Origin: a virus
Virus record (IMG/VR): IMGVR_UViG_3300025087_000641
Span: 1 to 64,000 of that record
Strand: one strand, 5' to 3'
DNA length: 64,000 bases
Positions 57,511 to 64,000 of the stretch are shown piece by piece; the stretch's first letter is position 1; each line of letters starts with the position of its first letter. A program made the position numbers and the translations under genes. The notes beneath the pieces are model-generated. The model saw only the letters and a program-made list of their open reading frames with translations. It did no database searches and was not told the DNA's origin.

Positions 57511-60467
57511 TCCACTTCCATGCGTTTGAGAGCATAGTCATTAACTGTCCCGCCAATATTCCCAAACACATTCTCAAAGTCTCCAGTCTTGTTCTGGAAT
57601 GTACTTCCGCCATCAGACGAATATCGTGGCGAGTCTGTCCCATAAACAATATAGAGTCTGTTGTAATTGTTTATCCACGTTTTGACATGGTATCCAAGAG
57701 TCAATCCGGGATTGACAAGCACCCAAGTTGCGCCACCGTCAATGGTCTTGAACACGCTTTTCTCGTCAGATACATAGATAGTATTACCGTCTCCAGTTAT
57801 ATCCTTTCTGTTACTTCCGGGCGGTGAACTCTTGCTATATCTACTTGGCGTAATATTGCTCCAACTCGCCCCCTGATTTTCGGTTTTGAATACGCCTGTG
57901 GTTGTAGATACATAGATGATTTGGTCGTTGTCATTCCCGGAATAGGGTAGATATAGACTCACTGCATATCCAGAGGCGGCAGGGAAAGACAGGGAACTCC
58001 AAGAACCTCCCCCATTAGAACTCATGTAGACATATGCGGTAGTGGCTGTTGACGAATTGCTACCCAAGAAGAAGAGATTGGATATACTGTGGTTGCTGTA
58101 AACAACCTCGCCCTGACTATTGTAACTAACTGCAATAGTCGCCCAACTCCAAGTAGAACCATTGTTGGAAGTTACACCTATTTGTGGCGCGGCGGCGTTG
58201 TCCTGAACAAGAAGTGCCCAATATCCGCTTGACGCAATACTTGGCGAAAGAATCGGGATGGTTGGACTGGCAAGCGTTCCGCCAAATCCTGCCTCAATTT
58301 GTGCGCCAGTCAATACCCTCGTCCATATCGGTGTTGTCTGATTCAGACTCGTTGTTTTCCAAATGTTGCCCTTTGTGGTTGCTATCCATGAGACAGTGCT
58401 TAGATTGTATGGGTCAAACACCAAGTCCGTAAATGCTTCAGAACTAAAGGTGATGTTGTTTGTAATGTTCTTCCACGATGGATTACTTGCCAAGAAGTTA
58501 GTAGTTCTTGCAACAATATCATTTGACCCAGATGGTGCTTGTGCGATAAGTGCCGCAATCTTTCCAGCAGCCCCACCGGGATTAGGCTCTCCAGGGGTTG
58601 GAGGTGTAATCAGTGGGGGGAAGTCAACCGAAGACCCGCCATGCCCATCAACAACCGACTCTGCGGTTATGTCAATCTCTGGCAATGCAGAGATTGGATT
58701 GTATGAAACCCTCATCTCGTATGGGACAAGACTCTGGTTGTTCCAATTTAGGCCACGCATATTTGTTGCACCAGTTGGAGAGAGTGACATTGTAATGCGA
58801 CTCTGCGGAACTGGGTCTAGGCGTAGATTCCCGGAAAGAGGAATGTTGACTCTCTTGTATGGATTGTTCCTCTTGGCTCTTAGATTCCCGGCCCATGTGA
58901 TTGCCGTGTCTGTATCTGGCGCTGTGGCATTACGGGATATTTCCTGCCTGCCTCCAAAGTGTCCCGCCCGATGACTTGGAGAGACACCACCGATTGGTGT
59001 ATAGACTCCGGCGCGAATAGCATAGATGGTCTGTTGGGAATTCTCGTCAAAGTGCGGATGTTCAAGTACAACTGCGCCTCGTCTATCCCCAGCACCAATG
59101 TCTGCAATAATCGGCAGTGAGGCGCTTGCCCCAGTAACGTGACTGTCCAGACTTGCATAAATTGAGGATTGCATGTCTGATGCCAGAAGCCCAAGAACAC
59201 CCTCATAGTTATAGCGCAATTGTTCCCACAAGTTCCCCTGTGGCAATGAACGAAATGCAAGTTCGAGAGATGATGCCGAATCTCCCGCAAAGTTGAAGTC
59301 GGTAACATTCCCAATGGTAGACCGATATTTGACGAGGGTTAGTGCCGCCTTGTCTATTGTCAATTGGGATGCCATAGTCCACGCTGATGCTGCAGACCCA
59401 CCCTCCAAGAATATGTCATAGGCGTCTGTCATTGCCAAGACTCTATCTATCGTTGCGACTCTGAATGACACATTTCCGGTGAATGGTTCTATGCGAGTGG
59501 AATCGTCAACAATCCACCCGACAAAGACAATGTTGTTCCTCCCAAATGAGTTTCCGCCAAGAGACGATGCAATCCCATTGTAAGATGCTTTCTCAAATAT
59601 GACTATCTGCGCACCTTCCGGGAAATTGTCGGAAGTAGCCCCGCTATAGGCTTGTATCCTGCCATCATATCCACCACTATTGAGTCCGCCAGCGATTTCC
59701 TCAATCATTACTCGCTGGGGTTGTGCGTTACTTGAATTGAATGCGAATGTCAGACGTTGCCCGATATGACTTGCACCGTTGGAATCCGTGACGGTGAGTG
59801 TGTGGTATCTCCCGCCTGACGATGCATTGGTATAAGTAATGACAATCGGATTCTGGGACGAACCAAGTTGGCTTGAAACAGTCTGTCCATTGGGGAAACT
59901 CCACGACTGAGACGTAATGGATACTGCCCCAGTAAACGAATAACTCCTATCCCCAACATAACTTGCCGTACCGACTCCGCTGTCAAGCCATACCACGGCA
60001 GGCGGGCCGAGTAATGCTAATGGCCCAAAATTCCTTGTTTGTGCTGTGTATGGGTCTAGGTCTACCCACCACGCAGATGTAGCAGTATCATATGAGGGAT
60101 GAACAGACCAAGGTGCATACTCCTCAACTATTGTTGCAATAGCACCATTCCATCTCGTGATGCCACTACCGTATTCTCCAACATGGAGTAGACTTGCAGA
60201 TGTTGGGGTTGCCCTAATCCTCATTTTCCCCTTGTCATATTGCCCAACATTTGTTCCGATTCTAACTGTCATTCCTTTTCGAGCATCAGAGAGATTGCCC
60301 TGCAAAGTATTGCTTGCAGTAATGGCACTCGCGGGAAAGTTGTCGGGAATGGCATTGACAGACCCCGCCCAAATTATGCGCGGTTGGGCGACGGCACAGT
60401 AATATTCACTGCGCTGTGGATGCGCCCTAAAAATAGCCTTTTCGTTAGTCGTCAGTGCTATTCTCAT
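57498..60467 (-). CDS. tail tip/baseplate protein with C-terminal Asp-box (BNR) beta-propeller
   Basis: Pro-rich linker, then SNNGSTW, SNGGGSW, TENQGASW, TIDGGATW, SSDGGSTF repeats; position after tape measure. Confidence 0.7.
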   Translation of the reverse strand: MRIALTTNEKAIFRAHPQRSEYYCAVAQPRIIWAGSVNAIPDNFPASAITASNTLQGNLSDARKGMTVRIGTNVGQYDKGKMRIRATPTSASLLHVGEYGSGITRWNGAIATIVEEYAPWSVHPSYDTATSAWWVDLDPYTAQTRNFGPLALLGPPAVVWLDSGVGTASYVGDRSYSFTGAVSITSQSWSFPNGQTVSSQLGSSQNPIVITYTNASSGGRYHTLTVTDSNGASHIGQRLTFAFNSSNAQPQRVMIEEIAGGLNSGGYDGRIQAYSGATSDNFPEGAQIVIFEKASYNGIASSLGGNSFGRNNIVFVGWIVDDSTRIEPFTGNVSFRVATIDRVLAMTDAYDIFLEGGSAASAWTMASQLTIDKAALTLVKYRSTIGNVTDFNFAGDSASSLELAFRSLPQGNLWEQLRYNYEGVLGLLASDMQSSIYASLDSHVTGASASLPIIADIGAGDRRGAVVLEHPHFDENSQQTIYAIRAGVYTPIGGVSPSHRAGHFGGRQEISRNATAPDTDTAITWAGNLRAKRNNPYKRVNIPLSGNLRLDPVPQSRITMSLSPTGATNMRGLNWNNQSLVPYEMRVSYNPISALPEIDITAESVVDGHGGSSVDFPPLITPPTPGEPNPGGAAGKIAALIAQAPSGSNDIVARTTNFLASNPSWKNITNNITFSSEAFTDLVFDPYNLSTVSWIATTKGNIWKTTSLNQTTPIWTRVLTGAQIEAGFGGTLASPTIPILSPSIASSGYWALLVQDNAAAPQIGVTSNNGSTWSWATIAVSYNSQGEVVYSNHSISNLFFLGSNSSTATTAYVYMSSNGGGSWSSLSFPAASGYAVSLYLPYSGNDNDQIIYVSTTTGVFKTENQGASWSNITPSRYSKSSPPGSNRKDITGDGNTIYVSDEKSVFKTIDGGATWVLVNPGLTLGYHVKTWINNYNRLYIVYGTDSPRYSSDGGSTFQNKTGDFENVFGNIGGTVNDYALKRMEVDWSS

Positions 60468-60606
60468 ATAACCCTATCGCCAAAATCTCATGTATGGGCC
60501 GAATCCCATCTCTCCGAATCAATCCCTATTCTTCGGAAAATTCTCTACGATACATATGGATACAACTTCTCAGACATGGATGACTACGACTTGTCAAGGC
60601 TTCGCC

Positions 60607-60942
60607 CTAAGTAACTGCAATGCCATTGATTAGAGCAGACCACCTGCCAACATATCCAGCCTCGAATGTTGGTCTGCCAATTTGCAAGAAGATTCCAGCG
60701 TTAGAATACGAAACGAAAGAGCCAGTATCTAGTGATAGCAATTGAATAGATGTCAGACTCGCACCATTGAATGCCGCCCATTGTTGATATGAGGCATAAG
60801 TACAAGCATCAAATTCAAGTCTTGCTGACTTCGTGGCGGCATAGACTGGCCTACCCGTGTGGTCAGTCCCGAGAACAATGTCCTGCCACGACTGTTGATA
60901 TGGTGCAAGGCTGGCTGTTTGACCATTGATGGTGTATGGCAC
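60607..60942 (-). CDS. putative distal tail protein
   Basis: Immediately downstream of tape measure gene; GGAGA SD. Confidence 0.5.
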   Translation of the reverse strand: MPYTINGQTASLAPYQQSWQDIVLGTDHTGRPVYAATKSARLEFDACTYASYQQWAAFNGASLTSIQLLSLDTGSFVSYSNAGIFLQIGRPTFEAGYVGRWSALINGIAVT

Positions 60943-60950
60943 AGTATCTC

Positions 60951-63515
60951 CTATATCGCAATCACATCCACAACAGCATTCAGGGCTGCGTTCCGAACGG
61001 CAGAGGCAAGTATGCCATCCCCCTGAACGTTTAGAGTTACCATGATATTAGACCCAGTTCCACCAGCCATTAGCATTGGCTCTTGACCACCACCAGGGCC
61101 AGGGGCGGGATATGGGTTGTCCCCCAAGTCTGGAATTGGGGCGGGCGGGCCAGGTTCTTCGCCATATGGAATGGGGGGTGGATTCCCGCTAGGAGTACCG
61201 CCCCCTCCAGATTCAAGGTCGCCATAATATTGATTGATACCCATTCTTTCTTGCCAATACCGAATTAGATTTGTAATGCGTTGCTGATATTCAAGACTCT
61301 CTCTGCCTGAAACATTTGTTAGGAACAATTCAATATTTGCTTCTTCTTGGCGACGATACGCCTCTTGTTCGCCAATCTGTTCCTGTAACGCCTGTTGCAA
61401 ATCCCGCTTTCGTCTTTCGTCTGCCCGCCGTGCGTCCTCTACCTCGCGGTCATATTGTCTCTGGATTTCGCGGCGTCTATTATCATACTCGTCGGCAATA
61501 TCCTTGAGCCTGTCCTGCTTCTGGCGCTCGGCATCTTCCTCTTTCTGCTTGCGGTCTGCCTCGGCGTCTTTAAGTTCCTCGTTGCGGGCTAGTTCGGCCT
61601 CAAACAATGCGCGGGCATCAAGGTCAATAAGCGCCTGAATTCTTGAGCGGGCATATTTGTCAAGTATCTTTTGAATACGTCTCTGGTATGCGGACTCGGC
61701 ATCCTCTGAGTCCTTGTGTCTCTTCTCCTCGGCATCAGAGATTGCTTTATCCCGATCCTTCTGCGATTTCTCCTCAAGATCAGCCAAATCCCTGTCGCGC
61801 TTTGTGGCAGCATCAATCATGTCATCGGCCAACTCGCGCTCAGAGTCGAGGACATCCTGTTTGTATTTGTCCCTAAGTTCTTGAATTTTCTTGTCAACTT
61901 TTTCCCAAAGTTCAAGAGTCTTCTGTGCGGCCTGTTCAAATGCTACAGGCTTGAAAGCATCCTGAAGTTCTTTGAGTGTGATAATGCCATCTTTGCCCGC
62001 CACTTCTAGGGCGTCTCTGAATTTGAATATTGCCTCATCTGCTAATCCGAAAGCAACCCTAAGTTTATCCAGTGCCTCTGGGGTTAGAGTCCCAGCCTTC
62101 TCGTTGAACTCTATAGCCTTCTTTGCGGCCTCTTCAAATCCAAAATCTAGTGTTTTCCCAGATATGTCGTTAAGTTTTTCAAGCGCCTCGGTTATTGCGT
62201 TCTCGCGTTGTTCTTGAAATGCCAGTTGTTCATTGAGGGCTTCAATTGCCTCGCGTCTGTCATCTGTAGCCCTTATTCCGTTATATTCAGATTCGGAAAG
62301 AAGATAATTTGACTGAACTAATGTCTCTATAGTATCAGTCCCGTCAGACATTACACTTACAAGATCGCCACTACTGTTTACGGCCAAGTTTTGTGATTTT
62401 GCAACCCGCTCCAATTCTGCGCGATATTCTCCATAGGTCTTGGAACTTTTAGACATCTCGCTGGCATGTGTTTTTATTGCCGCATTGATGTCTATGTATC
62501 CAAATAGAAGAATGTCAAGGGACTTTATGAGTGGCGAAACAGCATCACCAATATGTGTCTTTATCGCATTTGTAGCATCTGTAATATGTGTCTCAAATCG
62601 CTCATAGGCATTTGCGGCATCGTCAACCAATCCGCCAGTATCTTTCAGGAGTTTATTCCCATCCTCAATAATGGCGTTTGTTAGTGCCTGTCGCTTCTCT
62701 GCCTCGGTTAGATCATCTGCCACTTTGCCAATTGACTTCCCATAATTGGCGTAGGCGGTTTCTCCATCAATGACAATACCAATATCGTCAAGGACGCGGG
62801 TAGACAGACGCCCAATACCGAGGATGATACGTTCAAATGCGGCTTCTGTGTCAAGTCCGGCAGCACGTCCACGAATGGCGGCAATCTCAAGCAACTTCGC
62901 CATTGTGTCGGTATCTCTCGCCACTCCGAGGAGCATAGATCGGTTTGCCTGTGTAATGGCTTCGTTGGCAGAGATAGCACCGTGCGAGGCGGTTTTCATC
63001 TTCGCCACCGCCTCTTCCATATCAACGCCGTAACTCTGTGCTAATTTAGTGCCTGTCTCCCGCAGGCGGTCAATGGCCGCGCCCTCTTTTCCGAAGTCGT
63101 ATGCGGATTTTATGGCAACAGCAAACGCGGTAAGAATTCCAGTCGCAATTAGAGCGTCTTGGGCAAGAGCGGCAAATGATTTGCCAAATTCCTCATTCTG
63201 CTTGATCGCCCCCTCCATGCCTCCTTTTGCCCCAATCGTGGAGAGACGCCCGAGGAATGTTCGTTGTATATCGTTGAACTTCTGTTGTTGGTCTGCTAAT
63301 TCCTTTTGGAGGAGTATCTGCTGCTTGATGTTGGCTTGTGAATTCTTGAAAGCCTCTGTTTCAGAAGACCGAAGTAAGGCATTTCTATTACGGAGAGACT
63401 CGTATTGGGCGCGATTCAGGGCCTCAACTGAGGCTTTCGCCTCATCAAGCACTTTTTTCCCCGCGAACATCGCGTTAATTAGAATCTTGATTTCGTCGGA
63501 TGCGCCTGTTGGCAT
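60951..63515 (-). CDS. tail tape measure protein
   Basis: 854 aa helical; GIGRLS.RVLDDIGIVID...EKRQA motif; charged coiled-coil; follows chaperone genes. Confidence 0.85.
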   Translation of the reverse strand: MPTGASDEIKILINAMFAGKKVLDEAKASVEALNRAQYESLRNRNALLRSSETEAFKNSQANIKQQILLQKELADQQQKFNDIQRTFLGRLSTIGAKGGMEGAIKQNEEFGKSFAALAQDALIATGILTAFAVAIKSAYDFGKEGAAIDRLRETGTKLAQSYGVDMEEAVAKMKTASHGAISANEAITQANRSMLLGVARDTDTMAKLLEIAAIRGRAAGLDTEAAFERIILGIGRLSTRVLDDIGIVIDGETAYANYGKSIGKVADDLTEAEKRQALTNAIIEDGNKLLKDTGGLVDDAANAYERFETHITDATNAIKTHIGDAVSPLIKSLDILLFGYIDINAAIKTHASEMSKSSKTYGEYRAELERVAKSQNLAVNSSGDLVSVMSDGTDTIETLVQSNYLLSESEYNGIRATDDRREAIEALNEQLAFQEQRENAITEALEKLNDISGKTLDFGFEEAAKKAIEFNEKAGTLTPEALDKLRVAFGLADEAIFKFRDALEVAGKDGIITLKELQDAFKPVAFEQAAQKTLELWEKVDKKIQELRDKYKQDVLDSERELADDMIDAATKRDRDLADLEEKSQKDRDKAISDAEEKRHKDSEDAESAYQRRIQKILDKYARSRIQALIDLDARALFEAELARNEELKDAEADRKQKEEDAERQKQDRLKDIADEYDNRRREIQRQYDREVEDARRADERRKRDLQQALQEQIGEQEAYRRQEEANIELFLTNVSGRESLEYQQRITNLIRYWQERMGINQYYGDLESGGGGTPSGNPPPIPYGEEPGPPAPIPDLGDNPYPAPGPGGGQEPMLMAGGTGSNIMVTLNVQGDGILASAVRNAALNAVVDVIAI

Positions 63516-63516
63516 A

Positions 63517-63852
63517 TTACTCTTTTGGCCTTTGCGGTAACTGGACTCTTACTTCAAGCGGATTGTTAGTCTTTGTTTCCCCGCCTTTTGCCCACCGCAA
63601 TAGACTTACCCCATTAGGATTGTTCTTTTCCCAATCACGCTTATTCTTGGCGTCGTGTTTGCCCTTTGCTGTATGATATACATTAAGGCATGTCCGAATA
63701 TCCCTGACAACTCGTGGGTCTTGTGTGTCAAATCCAAGTTCGGATGGTGACATTCTAAGATGTTCGCAAATCAATCCGGCCTCAAGCAGTCGTGGCGGGG
63801 GGCAACGACTCGGACTATCCACATAGTCTATTACCCCCCTTGCGAGTTTGGG
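63517..63852 (-). CDS. tail assembly chaperone, -1 frameshift extension (gpT-like)
   Basis: The -1 frame from slippery C CCA AAC (63852-63846) runs open into ORF 63517-63822. Confidence 0.75.
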   Translation of the reverse strand, partial: PKLARGVIDYVDSPSRCPPPRLLEAGLICEHLRMSPSELGFDTQDPRVVRDIRTCLNVYHTAKGKHDAKNKRDWEKNNPNGVSLLRWAKGGETKTNNPLEVRVQLPQRPKE

Positions 63853-64000
63853 TCAGAGGCGTTGGTCTTTTCGTAGAGGTCGGTGATGCACTCCACAAGC
63901 CACGCCACAAGTTTTGGTGACGCCGGGAAAGTCTCGTAAGTCACGGGATTCGGAAGTCCAGAAATATCCCACAGTTTTACAAGCGGAATAGCAGCAGGCA
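63831..64000 (-). CDS. tail assembly chaperone (gpG-like), 5' truncated by the window edge
   Basis: Open frame ...LVAWLVECITDLYEKTNASDPNSQGG* upstream of tape measure. Confidence 0.7.
   Translation of the reverse strand, partial: PAAIPLVKLWDISGLPNPVTYETFPASPKLVAWLVECITDLYEKTNASDPNSQGG

Noticed and set aside
329-63540. Long opposite-strand or alternate-frame ORFs in the ORF track (e.g. 329-913, 19122-19817, 54478-55104, 58363-58974, 63049-63540)
   Set aside because: They shadow well-supported genes and show no recognisable motifs
1-64000. Stop-codon reassignment
   Set aside because: Conserved enzymes are full length in the standard code, and TAA, TAG and TGA all end genes

Overview
This window is a 64-kb segment of a large tailed phage genome with siphovirus-like tail genes (standard genetic code, sigma70-type promoters, several leaderless genes; the host cannot be identified from the sequence). 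Layout: (i) 1-5.4 kb: rtcB, a GT-C-like membrane glycosyltransferase whose 3' end contains a tRNA-Ile(UAU) gene, and two orphan DNA methyltransferases. (ii) 6-22 kb: a rightward array of small early-type genes, including DUF3560 plus a methyltransferase and an Mgm101/Rad52-type annealase, punctuated by a repeated 24-bp intergenic motif and several structured non-coding stretches. (iii) 22.6-53.8 kb: an unusually complete glycan/nonulosonic-acid island with PseB/C/H/G/I/F-like genes, a second NeuB plus a KdsC-like phosphatase, GmhA, formyl- and methyltransferases, an ATP-grasp enzyme, SDRs and four putative soluble glycosyltransferases, interleaved with phage hypotheticals and invaded by mobile nucleases. 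(iv) 53.8-64 kb: a leftward tail module (fibre, Asp-box propeller protein, tape measure, -1 frameshifted chaperone). The most striking observation is a catalytically intact TnpB with no tnpA and no visible left end. It lies between two divergent, open copies of the last ~38 codons of the cytidylyltransferase gene. Its predicted omegaRNA guide is the displaced original 3' end, while the expressed gene carries a recoded, guide-mismatched replacement end. This is the arrangement expected for an RNA-guided homing (gene-drive) cassette. A strongly over-represented heptamer, TGTGGCG, also runs through the window.
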